Shown here: positions 47,201-59,201 of the stretch, one piece after another
Position numbering within the stretch: the first letter of the stretch is position 1
How the letters are laid out: each line of letters begins with the position of its first letter
Origin: Lingula anatina
Lineage: Eukaryota; Animalia; Brachiopoda
DNA: 64,000 nucleotides
Assembly: GCA_051362555.1 (NCBI GenBank)
Contig: CM120642.1
Coordinates: 17,546,001 to 17,610,000, forward strand
Reading direction: 5' to 3'
Program-made: the position numbers and the translations under genes
The notes under the pieces: model-generated
Told to the model about the DNA's origin: nothing
Seen by the model: the letters and a program-made list of their open reading frames with translations, nothing else
Databases searched by the model: none

Positions 47201-50200
47201 TTATAGTCTTCTATAGGATTCTATAGAAATTCTTTAATTTTTATAGAAAACTTGAAAAAAATGATCATTTGTAAAGTAATCTTTTATGGAGAAATATTTT
47301 ATCATTAGGAATGTTTTTGTACCAAATCATTGAAGCTGAAATTATTTTTTAAAATTTTTGTTCAGACCATTACAAAAATTCCTATAGGATCCTATAGGAA
47401 ATCTTATAGGAATTTCTATAGGAACCTATAAGAAATCCTATGCTAATTCATACAGGGAATTTTTATAAGGGCAGGTTGAATAAAAATAATGAATCTAGTC
47501 TAAATATCAGTATATAATTTTAATTTTAAATTTATGTTCAGACCATTACAAAAATTCCTATAGGATCCTATAGGAAATCTTAAAGGAAATTCTATAGGAA
47601 TTCCTATAGGAAATCCTATGCTAATTCATATTGGGAATTTTTATAAGGCCGGGTTATATGAAAAATTATGAATTTGGTCTAAATATCAGAATATTATGTA
47701 TTTTTACTTTTTGTGTGATCATATTCACTTACTTCATATTTCTTCTATTATATTGAAAGTCAACCTTATCTAATCAGATTTTACTTGACCTTGGCTGTTT
47801 TAAAAAGTGAAAGTGCAATCCTGCCTAATATATAAAATATAATGTAAAAGTAAGTGAACATTAATACTGTCCCTCATAAAGAATGGTAAACGAGGACAAA
47901 TTAATATGTTTATAAAGATACATTTTATTATAAACCATGCCCAATCATTTGTAAGGTTTAACAGTCAACTGATGTTAGCTAGAGAATGCCCTACTTCACC
48001 AGCCATAACCACAGATTCAACAACTGTGAATTTCTTTTGTTAGCCTGGCACCTATTAGTAGGTCACTACTCCTGTAGCTATTGTTACACTAGTAACAGTG
48101 ACCGCCTATTAGGTGTTATCAGATGTGTGGTATCCTGTCAAAGTCTTTGTATATATGAGACAAGCAGCAAATGAGTATACAGCTATCACAGGCCTACCCA
48201 ACTACCAGACTCGGCACCGAATGATCCTGAATTCACCAAACCACACTACCCGTTTTCAAGGTGTGTGTCAGATCGCATTACACAGTATCAGACGCGACAC
48301 CGCTCTTGCCTAGTACTCGATGTGATAGTGATGATTCTCAGCGGGGTTGAAAAGTATTGCATCACCACTCAAAATTTGGTTAGGGTATGATACTGTATAA
48401 TGCGATCTGACACACACCTTGAAAACTGGTAGTGTGGTCTGATCTACCGGTGAATTCAGGATCATTCGGTGCTGGTAGTTGGGTAGGCCTGTATCAAGAC
48501 AGTTTAAATTCAGGAGCATAGTGGAAGGGTACAGAGTGTAGAAAAATCGGATTTAGGAAGGTATGTATTACAGTAATGCATTGGATCATTTGGGCATCTA
48601 ATCAAATTGAAAATGAGATAATTGATCTAATTTGTAGTGTACCTTGTAAACATCATACCTATATTACATTAAACAAGTTATAGTTTATAATGTATAGCTT
48701 CCTTTTTAGCCAACAAAGAAACAAGGATATACATAATGCAATCACTGTTTAGTACGTTTCTTTATTTCATATAAAACTGTGATCAATTGCTCATCATTTA
48801 TTTCTTTAAATGCAGTTGAATCTAAAAAAAATTACATTTCATTTAACTTTTGGTTTGTGATTTATTAAAAATTATCTATTAAATGTTATCCACAACTGCC
48901 TCCAAGGGACCATCATGATATATAACTGAGAAAGACCCATGCTTATAAATAACATACAATTAACATGTTAGAGGGGCTGTCAGGGCAAATTTCATTACCT
49001 CACATGTTCTTCAGGATCGTTTATTTGCCAAGTTTTCTTTCCCTTCAATTTCTTTTCAACCCTTAATGTGAGGTAAACACCATAGTTTGTTTAAAATTAT
49101 TTTTTGCTAACCTATACATAATGGAAATGAAATGTCCATTGTGAAAATCTGACCATTTTGCTTACACAAAGGCTATAAATTTTAACTTGGGGGTTGCTTT
49201 TTTGTGGTTTGGACTGATGATTTAGGTGAAGCAAAGACAGGTGAGAATATGGAATTACTGTTTACCCTCGGAAATTAGTTTTCTATGAGTTTTTGGGACT
49301 TTTTTTTGGCCCTGGCAGCTCTGTAATGGCCCAATTGCATATTTAACCAGAGTAGAGGTTTCTCCACTGCGGATTTCTGCATTTTAAAATTCGTTTCTGA
49401 TTGTTCCTGTGGGCTTGGTCCTATGAAATATGTTCATGTTCTTTATATATTTTGTATTACAAATTATCCAGCTTTAATACCTTGTCTTTGAAAAAAATTC
49501 AGTTAACTAAAAAAGGCTATGAATTGCTCAAAATAGAATCGGTGCAATGATTATAATTGATCTCATTAGACAATTTTTCCTTCATCATTTTGCATTTTTG
49601 TAGACATGTACAATTAATTGAAATTCACAATGTCTTTCTTTCAGAATAGGTCTGCAAATGGTTCAACACAACTCAGACGGAGGTTAAGAAGGCTATCACA
49701 GTTAAGTTGAACAATGTGCAAAAGACTTTTGTCTGAAATTCTTCAATTATTAAGTGACTATAGCAGTATGCTGACAATGGACACGGTCTGGCCAAGGGAG
49801 GTTTTAGCCACTCATTCTGGCAGGAGTTCGAATGCACACAAGAAAAAGACAGTGACGCCACAGCTTGACAAGACATATTGGATCCTTGTGATAACTTATA
49901 GAACTTATAATTAAAAAGCAGTAGCAACACCATTAAATTTGCAAAAATCTATGAAACAATTCTCTAGTAAGCTGGTTGCATACCATACTGTGGAATATGT
50001 ACATACATTTATTCATATTGAATAAAGAATGTAAACATGATACTCTCTTTTGTTTTGAGGGACCAGTGCCTATTACCAATTTTGCCCAAGATCCAACAAT
50101 AAATAAAAAACTGTAAAAATATTCAAAGCAGTTAATATGAATTTCTATAGGTTCCTATAAGATTTCCTATAGGATCCTATAGGATTTCCTATAAGATTTC

Positions 50201-53200
50201 CTATAGGATCCTATAGGATTTCCTATATGATCCTATAAGATTTCCTATATGATTTCCTATAGGATCCTATAGGAAATCTTATAGGAAATCCTATAAGAAA
50301 TTTTCGTAAGGGAAATTCTCATCTTTCGTGTTGAAGAAGGTAGCTCAGAGACTGTAGATACATGTACTATCACACGTGTTCGCTGGGTCACTTTTAGAGT
50401 CGCCGCTAAACAATGGCTGAAATATGGTGGCAGAGAAGCCGCTGCTGTTCAGTGGATCCGTACGGATTTAGGCAAAGGATTCCATGATTTGGAACCCAAA
50501 CCACGATGTCACTTTTCTTGCTACAGAAAGCTAACAAACAAGAAGGGGTTATATCAGGCGGCAAAGAAGTATGAGAAAGCTGAGAAACAAGGCAGTCCTG
50601 CTGAAGAAGGTATGTCAACATATTGTAATTTGTTTTTAAGTCAGCCCCGATCGTGTGATGTTTACATCGTACGTGGCTGATGTTACATAACAACATGTGA
50701 CTGATAAAAGTGATATGAAAGAAAGAAAAGAAGAAAATGATAAAAAAAGTTTATTAGTGTTATTATTATTTTATTTGTACATACTTAGAGGTTTTAAATT
50801 TTAAACAACTCATTTCCTGTTGAATAAGATAGTACAAGCTAGCTGGATGTTCTTGCCATGATTAACATCTCATTATTAGTTCATTGATATTAGCATTGCA
50901 TTTACACAAAATAATGTAAGGCTTCACACAACAAGATATACAAACAAATGTTATGGTGGGATTTTATGAGACAAGGGCTTAAGTATCATGGTAGAATATT
51001 TAATGTTATTTGTGGAGTCCCCCCCCCCCCCAATACATTGCTGCACATGTGCACCCATTAGTGGATATAAAGATGTATAGGCTAAGCCCAACTTCAATGA
51101 GAATGTATTTTAGGGAATATTTACTGTATCTTGTGAGCCAGAAAAAGTAGGGTAGCTTTTCTCAGAACAGAGCTGCAATGTGATTAATTTAATTAGGACT
51201 GTTAGGAATAATCCTTTGACTTTCCCTTATGAATAGAATCAATAAAGGCATACATAAATAGCATCAATGAAGAAATGTGTTGACAAACAGTATCAATAAA
51301 GGAATAATGATAATGAGTAGGATGACTGGTAGATGTAGTTCAGTCAAAGAGAGGAGGCACTTTTATTCAAGGCATCTTATATTAATCTGGGCAGCAGAAT
51401 GCTAGTGGGCTCCCTTTTACTTATTAGATCTATAAGCTTGATTAATTTGTCTTTGTTGCAACAGATATTTATTAAACAGTGGATCTCATTTGTCTGTAGT
51501 TTGTTACAACTTAAGCTTGATTAATTTGTCTTTGTTGCAACAGATATTTATTAAACAGTGGGTCTCATTTGTCTGTAGTTTGTTACAACTTAGTTCCTCA
51601 TAAAAGGAACACGCTGAGCCACTAATATGTTTAATCCTATACAGGTACCTACCCTATGCCCTTTGAATCATGAGGATATATGTAATTAGTTGTCAGTATC
51701 ACTTAGTGTCAATCATGTGATAAACTCACATGCTACTGTCTTATCTTATTTCATTATTATTAATTTATTTGATAGTTAAATCATAGTGATTGTATATACA
51801 ATTGCACTTGCAACAATCAAGAAATTGCGGTCTGCTCTGTATTTTCTAAATCATTTGTGTATCCAGGTATCTAGATGTTTTTATTTGAAATATGTGTTCT
51901 CTCTTGTCTTTTTATGTACAAACACAGATGTACAGATGTGTCTGTAGATGTGTCTGTACATATAGCCGTCATCTGCGTCTGTCGTCGCCGTCGCCGTCGC
52001 TGTCGTCGCCGTCGTCGCCGTTGCCGTGCACTTTTGCCGATAACACTATAAGTGGAAAACTGTTTTTTCTTTTGGTTTGAAACTTACAGAACTGATGAAT
52101 TTTCATAATTTGCAGGTCAAGTTCGAAAATCAGCATGATCGGGCCACTTTTAGGGAATTTATGCTGTTTTTTTCACTTTTTCAGCATATATGCAGCACCT
52201 ATAACACAATATCAGAAAAATCATTGTACTCACAGGAGTGGTCAATCTTACTAAAACGCAGGTTGAGTTCGAAATCAGCGTAATCGGGCCATTATTTTAG
52301 AAGTTATGCTTTTTTTCACATTTCCTCAGATTCAATTCTTAGGCATGTTAATAGTCTCATTATTTAACTAATAAGATACGTAAAAGTGTTTGTTTTACAT
52401 GTCCTGCATCTTTACAATATTGTTAGTTGATTATGTTAAAATGATGGTAAACTTGTTATCGTGTATTGTGTAATAAAGTGTCAAAAATGGAAATAAACAT
52501 ATCATTGCAGTTTGTCAGATTTAATCATCCACTATATTCAGAATCTCAGAATGGAGGAAATTGGACATTTGACGCTGTTCTATTGATATTTTTCCCATCT
52601 CATCAATTTTCTTAGTTGGTCATATAAAAATGGCAGTAAACTGTTTATTTTGTTTTATGTTAAAAAGTGTTAAAAATGGAAATAAACCCATTTCAGAACA
52701 GTGCTGTCTTGTTTACATTTTGGCATTTTCAAGATGCGACTTTGAAGTTCCATGGGCCTGGAGACCTTTGCTAGTCACATTTTCTGATTATCCATGATAC
52801 TGATATTTTATTATTAAAATTTGATAGTCATTATGCTGTTAAACATTATGTAATATTGCATGAAAATTTGAAGAAACCCCTATTTTGGGCACTGCTCCCA
52901 TGATGACCATTTAAGGAAAATCATGCCATTTACTGTTCTCAAACTTACAGGAAAGAAACACGGAACTAAAATACAGCTCCAGTAGGCAATGCACTCTGTT
53001 TGGTAAATTTTTCTGGCAATTAAACATTTTTTGTGAAAATTTAATTTTTCACTTATTGGCATTTTCTAGGTGTGACTTAGAACCTCCACGGGCTTGAAGA
53101 CCCATGCTAGTCACATTTTCTGAAAATTCATGATACGTTTATTTTATTATAAAAAATTGATGGTCATTATGCTGTTAAGCATTATGTAATGTTGCATCAA

Positions 53201-54153
53201 AATAGAAGAAAACAAAATTTTGGTGCTGCTGCCATGATGACCATTATGGGAAAACCGTGTTACTTATATGACTGTCAAACTTTCAAAAAAGAAACACAGG
53301 ACTAAAATGCAGCCTGAGTTGGAAAACAGTCTAATTGGCTTCTTTTTCTGGAAGTTATACATTTTAGTGAAACATTCATTATTATCTTTTTGGCATATTC
53401 ATTGTGGGACTTGGAGCTCCCATGGACATGAAGCCAAATGGTAATCAAATGTTCTACATGTTCATGCTATTTATAGTCAATAAGTCAATAATCAAAAATT
53501 GGTGATAATTATTATGTAATGTTACATCAAAATTGACAAAAATCTTTTGGTACTGCTACTGCAAACATATTAAAAAGAAAAATGTGTTACTTATTGTTAT
53601 TTTTAACTTACAAGTATGATTTTTAGGTTTGGCATGCAGTTCAATTTAGAAAGCCAGGTCAATTGGGTTTTCATTTATTATTGAATTTATGCAATTTTGT
53701 GTGAAATATTTCTCATTCTGGCACTTTCTAAGTATAAGCTTGAACTCTGATGGACCTGAAGCCTTATGCTTTTACTTTCGTCGGTGTTACCTGTTGTGCA
53801 TAATTCAAATTTGATGTTGACTGTGCAGTTAAACATAATGTATTATTGCATCAGAATTGGTAGTCTCCTATTTTGTGCATTATTGTTTTGTGATTTTCTT
53901 AACATGTGACTTATGGGCCTGAAAGACCTTTGAGAGGGTCAGTCTGTAAATTTCCCTTGGGTATCACTTAGCTAAGCTCAGAGTTATAAAGTCATTTGCC
54001 AAATTAATAGGCCATTAAATGAGATTACATAAGGCACACTTGTTGATATTTCCCTGTAAACTCCCAAAGGTTAAGCTCTCTGCTAGATTAATAATAAGGA
54101 AGCAATGATAATTATGCAGGTGAGTTAAATATTGTTAAATATTGCAAATAAGA

Positions 54154-54220
<67 letters not shown>

Positions 54221-55229
54221 AACTCGAAGATTAAAAGTTTGAATAGCAGCTTCATTGGAATTATATTTACATCTGCCAAGGAGGTTATGTTTTCACCCCT
54301 GTTTGTCTGTCATCAACATAACTCAAAAAGTTATGGACCGATTTTGATGAAATTTTCAGGAACTGTCAGAAGTGGGCCAAAGAGGACAATGATAGTATTT
54401 GGTGGTTGTCTGGCTCAATAATCAATCAATAATCAATAATAATCAACAATTGCTGCCTTGGCAGAGGTCTGCGCTCTCGGAGTGCTTTTCTTGTTTTGTT
54501 ATGTTTTCCTTTTTTTCTCAGACATTGGCATTTGTGACTGTGGCTGAGGCTGTGCACATTTTCTGTATTTCCACATAAGCAGTTGTATTGTTTTTTATGC
54601 CTTTAAACATTATGTAATATTATTTTATGCACTGTCATCATTTCTCAAATATTGAGACTTTCATCATGTGAATTTGAACTCTGTAGATCAAGTGGTCACT
54701 TGATCCCTTTCCGTTGCTTTGATTGATTTAAAGGGTCGAACGGCAGCACTCGGAACTACTCGAAAGTCTCCGCACTCGACAGCCGAGGACTGCCGATTGG
54801 AACGGCAGGGCTATTCATTTTGATATTTCGACATAAATACTATCGCAATTATCTGTATATTGGCGCATCCTACGGTTGCCGAATTTATTGTGGGTATTTA
54901 ACTGTTTATATTCATGCACCGTGAAAATTGTCTGGCCCTTGGATCTTTTAACACAATGAAACGATGGGCCACTGTAGGTGAGGGACTATATATATTTGTG
55001 CCCTGTCGAACTGATAACTTGTAAATTTGCGACTGTGACTGGCGACAGTGGATAACTAGCTTGTTTCTTGCCGAAATGGTAGGTGGTAAGAGCTAGGCAA
55101 TTGTATTACGAATGTTTCCATAGCAAAATGAACAATACCTTGAGAAGATCCGTCCTTATTTTTATCCGAATTAGCAAGGGCAATCGGACAGAAAACTGTC
55201 AAAAACCAAAGCTGTAAACGTATCTTCAT
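36626..55229 (-). CDS. Gene copy B: secreted CTL-EGF-sushi-(EGF)32 protein, about 1768 aa; exons 55229-55139, 45989-45749, 44971-44913, 44633-44532, 44044-43826, 43642-43457, 42473-38781, 38280-38185, 37245-36626
   Basis: GT-AG junctions with compatible phases; lengths sum to 5307 nt (1769 codons); colinear with copy A. Confidence 0.75.
37844..38118 (-). pseudogene. Decayed TM-like exon and 31-nt mini-exon, copy B
   Basis: Frame [33 protein letters not shown]...YHK with a GTAATT donor at 37951. Mini-exon [10 protein letters not shown] has lost both splice sites (AC, GA). Confidence 0.45.
38185..38280 (-). CDS. Copy B 96-nt exon, 4-Cys EGF-like motif ([32 protein letters not shown])
   Basis: AG/GTGAGT, phase 1-1, paralog of 6284-6379. 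Confidence 0.75.
38717..38775. repeat. (TA)n microsatellite abutting the splice donor of the large EGF exon
   Basis: About 29 TA units; absent at the equivalent position in copy A (about 6905). Confidence 0.95.
38781..42473 (-). CDS. Copy B large exon (3693 nt): 32 calcium-binding EGF repeats plus Thr-rich linker
   Basis: ORF 38584-42087 extends in frame to the acceptor TTCCAG at 42474; donor GTGAGT at 38780. Confidence 0.93.
42608..42816. mobile_element. Truncated copy of the CAGGCCTACCC MITE
   Basis: Near-identical to 48287-48491; lacks the left TIR. Confidence 0.8.
43233..43300. repeat. (CA)n microsatellite
   Basis: Directly visible. Confidence 0.95.
43457..43642 (-). CDS. Copy B exon: sushi/CCP domain
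   Basis: CTMP...NVGENIIYRCYFGYTVVAGDLERRCEVQGSSTKWSGSAPTC; phase 1-1, CCAG/GTAAAT. Confidence 0.85.
43826..44044 (-). CDS. Copy B exon: EGF with insert between C3 and C4
   Basis: ORF 43767-44078; TTCACAG acceptor, GTAGGT donor. Confidence 0.85.
44532..44633 (-). CDS. Copy B exon 4, CTLD C-terminal part ([31 protein letters not shown])
   Basis: 102 nt, phase 1-1, paralog of 16296-16397. Confidence 0.8.
44913..44971 (-). CDS. Copy B exon 3 (59 nt), CTLD middle
   Basis: SVTGTYYSYLAISDDRCKT; TTTTCAG/GTGAGT. Confidence 0.75.
45749..45989 (-). CDS. Copy B exon 2, CTLD N-terminal part
   Basis: TWAFAHKVCQDLGGTLAVVDSRDENKFL...AWVG; same 241-nt length as copy A. Confidence 0.88.
48189..48491. mobile_element. 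303-bp MITE with about 100-bp TIRs (CAGGCCTACCCAACTACCAG), apparent 5-bp TSD TATCA
   Basis: Long inverted repeats are visible; TATCA at 48184-48188 and 48492-48496. Confidence 0.85.
49645..49736 (+). pseudogene. Relic exon resembling the C-terminal helices of a BEN domain
   Basis: TTTCAG acceptor then *VCKWFNTTQTEVKKAITVKLNNVQKTFV*; pattern recognition only. Confidence 0.4.
50313..50609 (+). pseudogene. Interrupted first coding exon of the outer transposon
   Basis: Open frame ILIFRVEEG...RWVTFRVAAKQW...CHFSCYRKLTNKKGLYQAAKK ending at a GTATGT donor; the upstream piece MADCYGDSEEGDVKFSP lies at 46937-46988. Confidence 0.5.
51433..51592. repeat. Tandem duplication, 2 x 79 bp
   Basis: TAAGCTTGATTAATTTGTCTTTGTTGC starts at 51433 and 51512. 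Confidence 0.9.
51960..52340 (+). mobile_element. Helentron/DINE-1-like non-autonomous repeat remnant
   Basis: (GTCGCC)n microsatellite followed by the duplicated core AGTTCGAAA(A)TCAGC...ATCGGGCCA. Confidence 0.45.
52730..53860. repeat. Diverged tandem repeat, period about 335 bp, 3-4 copies; related sequence at about 1150-1445
   Basis: A motif like GAAC.CCATGG.C.TGAAG.C recurs at about 52744, 53080, 53413 and 53741, and at about 1325. Confidence 0.65.
54160..54218. repeat. (TA)n microsatellite
   Basis: Directly visible. Confidence 0.95.
54264..54491 (+). mobile_element. Non-autonomous Helentron-type element
   Basis: Subterminal IR CTGCCAAGG / CCTTGGCAG, GTTTGTCTGT motif, 3' hairpin GCGCTCTCGGAGTGC before a T-run. 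Confidence 0.7.
55139..55229 (-). CDS. Copy B exon 1, signal peptide MKIRLQLWFLTVFCPIALA
   Basis: Signal-peptide pattern; phase-1 donor GTATTG compatible with exon 2. Confidence 0.75.
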
Positions 55230-56849
55230 CCTTGATGTCTTCTGTTCCCTTGGTGCATCAGGCAAGTGGGTTATCTCTCTAGGTGGCTTCAAAATCTAAC
55301 ATGTGTTTCCATGTAGCGAAAAATGACTGTACCTGGCTTTGACTTTATTTGATATCGGCCAACAAACACTTAATCCCTTTTTTTTTCTAGTTAACATAAA
55401 GCTAGACCAAAATTAGTATTTAAGATGGAGTGTTTTTATCTAAAACTTGGCAATGGTGTCTTTTCATCCTGAGGCGAACCAGGATCGCAATAAGAACAGC
55501 CTACTTTGCATGTTTGTGTGGGGAACTAGGTGAAGGCCAAAGCGTGTGCACGTGGCATCATCCATCTATCATGAAAAGAAGGCAAGTTGCCATTGCTCAA
55601 GATTACGACTGTATTTGATAACTGTTTAATGGTACGCGGCGATCAATTGGGGCAGAATACCTTACGTTTTATTAAAATAAAATTGAATCGATTCTCATTG
55701 TCAACTAAACACTTCCTTTGTTAGCCTATTTATCCGTGATCTTTATTGTGTAAATAAATAAATATACAGGTATATATATATATTAAACATATATATAATA
55801 AAGCAGTCATTTATTGACGCTCTATCCATAAAATTTTCTCCAAGTGGGCTTCTCAATATCGCTGACTAATCTATTTCTATTTAGGCACTTCAAATGCAAA
55901 ATGAAGGACATACAGTGATCTATTGTGTTCAGCACCCAGAAAACAAGGTTACACATTTATATCGGCAACACCGTTGTTCTCTGCTTGAGTTTGCCAATGT
56001 TTCGCCTAACAAGAAGCAAAGAAGGGAAACGCCACGATGCTTATGAAATTCATTCCTTTTCATATTTCAATAGACGGTTAAATTCAGTCAAGTTTTTGTA
56101 ACGAACATACCTAGTTGTTGATCACCCTGTGAACCTCACTTTCTTATTAACTGGCAAGACATAAACGTCCTGTCAGTAAATAAGTAATAATTAACTCAAA
56201 TTAATCACAATTAGTTGTCACTCAGAGGATAGCACCAAGTGTACGGCAGCATTTACCCTCTTATCAATGACACGAGAACTAAATCTTACAATCATATGGC
56301 CGTTATGTCTAGCAATTATCTCTATGTAAATTCCACTACTGGCTGATTGATCAAAACAAACAAAATATATTCAATTTTTGAAAAATGTCATGACCAGGTG
56401 CTGGAAAAACACACGTGTAAAACTTGATAATAGATTTAAAGTCATCCACAAACTGTAGGATAACAGAGTTATTTGTGATTATGTCAGGGGCTTTACAATG
56501 TAGAAAAGTCACGCCCCTGTGACTTTATCATTGATGTCTGGTCAGATGTTAAACCCTGCGAATATTTGTCTCATTAACGTTCACTTACGGTTCTCAATCT
56601 ATGCTAGGACATTTTTTACAGTTCTAATGGTGTTCCTGAATGAAGATCAAAAACTAGGTAAACATAGCCTTCCAGTATTATCATTTGACAGTATATGATC
56701 ATTTGAGGCGGTTGTTCCATTAATTATACCAAGTTAGTTTCCTGAAATAAGAGAAAATGAATAATTATAAAATCCATCCCAAATCTATTTTCAATACTAG
56801 TAACCGGGCTTATGTGATTGTTATTGTTGTTATTGTTCTAACTTGTATA

Positions 56850-57115
56850 TGTCAAAGACCCGGACCAAATCTAGTCCCATGCATAAAAAGCCCAGACCCT
56901 ATGTTTATTACGCCCTGGCTGGACCCATTCTTAATGGTGTCTTTGCATTGTTAACAGCATAATGAGCAAGTTAAATGACCAAGTTAATTGACCAAGTTAA
57001 TTGGCCAAGCTGCCAGTTTGTTTGTATGACAAGTGCAGGATATGTCTTAGGGCGTAATAAACATAGTGTCTGGGCTTTTTATGCATAGGACTAGATTTGA
57101 TCCGGGCCTTTGACA
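56850..57115. mobile_element. 266-bp MITE, TGT...ACA termini, about 65-bp TIRs, TATA TSD
   Basis: TGTCAAAG.CCCGG...ATGTTTATTACGCCCT is mirrored at 57049-57115; TATA on both flanks. Confidence 0.85.
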
Positions 57116-57764
57116 TATATACAGTATGTTTTTACTGTAAATCTCGGTTATCTTTACAAAACCCTCTATTTTTCTTACTTATTTTTTTATTATTTTTATA
57201 CCTTAATTACTAATATAATGAAGGACATGGGGAAGATAAATGTAAAATTTAACGTGTTTTTCCTTAATAGAAAACATTTTATAAATAGATAAATGAAACC
57301 CCCCCCCACCTTATGGGTCACTATTATCCCCAGGAGCGGATTCAGAGATATTTTCTGACAGTATTTCAAATAATCTTTGTTGAACCATCTTCCATTTCAG
57401 ATAGTCTTCCAACAGAAAAAAATAGATACCCGTCAATGTTAACTGACCGGAAGACCCACAAGACGGTCTCAATCCGCCTCTGATCTCCGCCGTCTCCACT
57501 CGGCTGAGATATGCTGAATATGCTGGTGAGCTTCCAGTAACCCCCTTAACACAAGATGTAAGTGCGCTTTACCGGGTAATCAACCTTTAATCAAACTTAA
57601 GTGTCTCAAGAGCTGAGAGATAACTTATAGTGCGATGAATCAGACTGGGCCTGTGGTTATGAATTTGTATATGTTGAAATTGACACATGTCATTAAACAT
57701 TCATTGCGTATATCGAATCGTAAAACGCCCGATAAAATACCTTATTGGTCCCGATTGTTTGTCC

Positions 57765-57771
57765 ATATAAA
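57765..57771 (+). promoter_or_regulatory. Candidate TATA box of the serpin gene
   Basis: ATATAAA about 90 nt upstream of AAAC-ATG at 57861. Confidence 0.4.
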
Positions 57772-57892
57772 TGACGTCCCTTTGATATCAAAGCCAAGCT
57801 GTCCAGCTAGAGCGCACAGTCTAGCAAAACGCTCTAACGTGGACCCTACAGAAATCAAACATGCCAGCGTTTGTGATATTTGTGACAATATA

Positions 57893-58471
57893 CTTTCTGT
57901 GGTGTCATCTGGAGCCACGGTGCAAAAGCTAGCAGTATTAAACACTGAATTTGGGTTGGCTATTTACAAGCAGTTGACCGCCGATACAGAGGTTAAAGAC
58001 ATATTTTTCTCGCCTATTAACATCTCCACCGCTTTGGCCATGCTACAACTGGGCACTAACGGCACTTCTGAAGATCAGATAAACCGCGCGATGAAATTCG
58101 GCACACGCTGCGGCTTGAACGCTAAACTGCATAATGCAAGCAACAACTACACGTTGAAATCCGCCAACAGGTTCTTTGGGAGCAAACGTTTTCCATTTCG
58201 ACAAACATTCCTTAGCGACATGCGAGACTATTTTAATGCAGTACCTGAGTCTGTGGATTTCATGGCAAATCCCGAAGGGTCTCGCGTGCATATCAATAAA
58301 TGGGTGGGAAATCAGTCAAATGATAAAATCAAAGAACTTATGGCAAAGGGAACAATTACCAAAAGCACTGTCTTTGTTTTGGCCAATGCCATCTACTTCA
58401 AAGGACAGTGGAATATGCCATTTAACTACACCATGACATCTATCTTACCTTTCAGAAGCAAAGGGCAGGAG
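57893..58471 (+). CDS. Serpin exon 1 (in-frame part)
   Basis: ORF 57635-58615 with serpin motifs; GTAGGT donor at 58472, phase 0. Confidence 0.8.
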
Positions 58472-58801
58472 GTAGGTCTGCATAGGTTTTGGTTATTCAT
58501 GCTAGTTTTCTTTTTTTTTAATGCTCACACGTCTAAAAAGAAAAAAAATCAATCATTTTGCATACATATAATCCCGTATTGCTTTTTACTTGAATATCTT
58601 TATTTTCTAGTATGACAGAGCCCTACTGTAGAACATTGTTTACACGACCGTCTCCGGTATTCGTTCTAATCTTCAGAAAAGTGATCACCTGAATATCATA
58701 TTAATTCTATTTCATAATATAGTTTCTAAATTAAATTAAATTCTTAATGCTTCTCAAAGTACCACAACAAGTTTTAATACGGTGCGGTATTCTGATTTTA
58801 G

Positions 58802-59201
58802 GCAAAAGTTCCGATGATGAAAATGTTAGGCCAGGCACACCGTTATGGTATTAGCACAAAATGGAACTGCCAAATAATAGAACTACCGTATACCGGAAAT
58901 GTCAGCATGTTGGTCCTTCTCCCCAATGAACCCGACGGTCTTCCTCAGCTTGAGAGTGCAATCAACAGCGTCGAGCTTAACTCCCTGGTGAAAAATCTGG
59001 CCAAAAGGCCCGTGGATGTTTATTTGCCCCGATTTGAAATAAAGGGCGTTACCATTAAGCTTGCGGACCATCTGAAGAAACTTGGTATGACGTATATGTT
59101 TGTGGACGGGGAAGCAGACCTGAGTGGTATAGGCGGTGCTCCGGGACAATTGTTCATATCTACAGCTGTTCATCAAGCATATGTTAGAGTGGACGAAGAA
59201 G
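58802..59201 (+). CDS. Serpin exon 2
   Basis: ORF 58814-59209; TTTTAG acceptor, GTCAGT donor inside EEG. Confidence 0.85.

Larger units (their letters stand above)
46989..50312 (+). mobile_element. Nested 3.3-kb CCC-ended element (EnSpm/CACTA-like) with palindromic TCCTATAGGA subterminal repeats
   Basis: TIR CCCTTACGAAAATTTC.TATAGGAT at both ends, AA on both flanks, dense TCCTATAGGA arrays at 47002-47050, 47380-47620 and 50140-50300. Confidence 0.8.
46653..54988 (+). mobile_element. 8.3-kb TIR DNA transposon (TAGTCCC..GGGACTA termini, Academ-like, non-autonomous) in intron 1 of copy B
   Basis: 13-bp terminal IR plus about 140-bp subterminal IR (46713-46855 vs 54800-54938). Flanks rejoin to the intron sequence seen in paralogs (CCACGAG-TTTG..CCTGTCGAA). 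Relic exon with CHFSCYRKLTNK. Confidence 0.75.

Noticed and set aside
36626-55229. Assigning Notch, crumbs or fibropellin gene symbols
   Set aside because: No LNR/ankyrin, laminin-G, CUB or avidin domains were seen; only the EGF repeats are similar.
57635-57892. Long N-terminal extension of the serpin from ATG 57635
   Set aside because: No signal peptide in that frame. A better ATG at 57861 with TATA-like box and signal peptide is offset by a 2-nt insertion.
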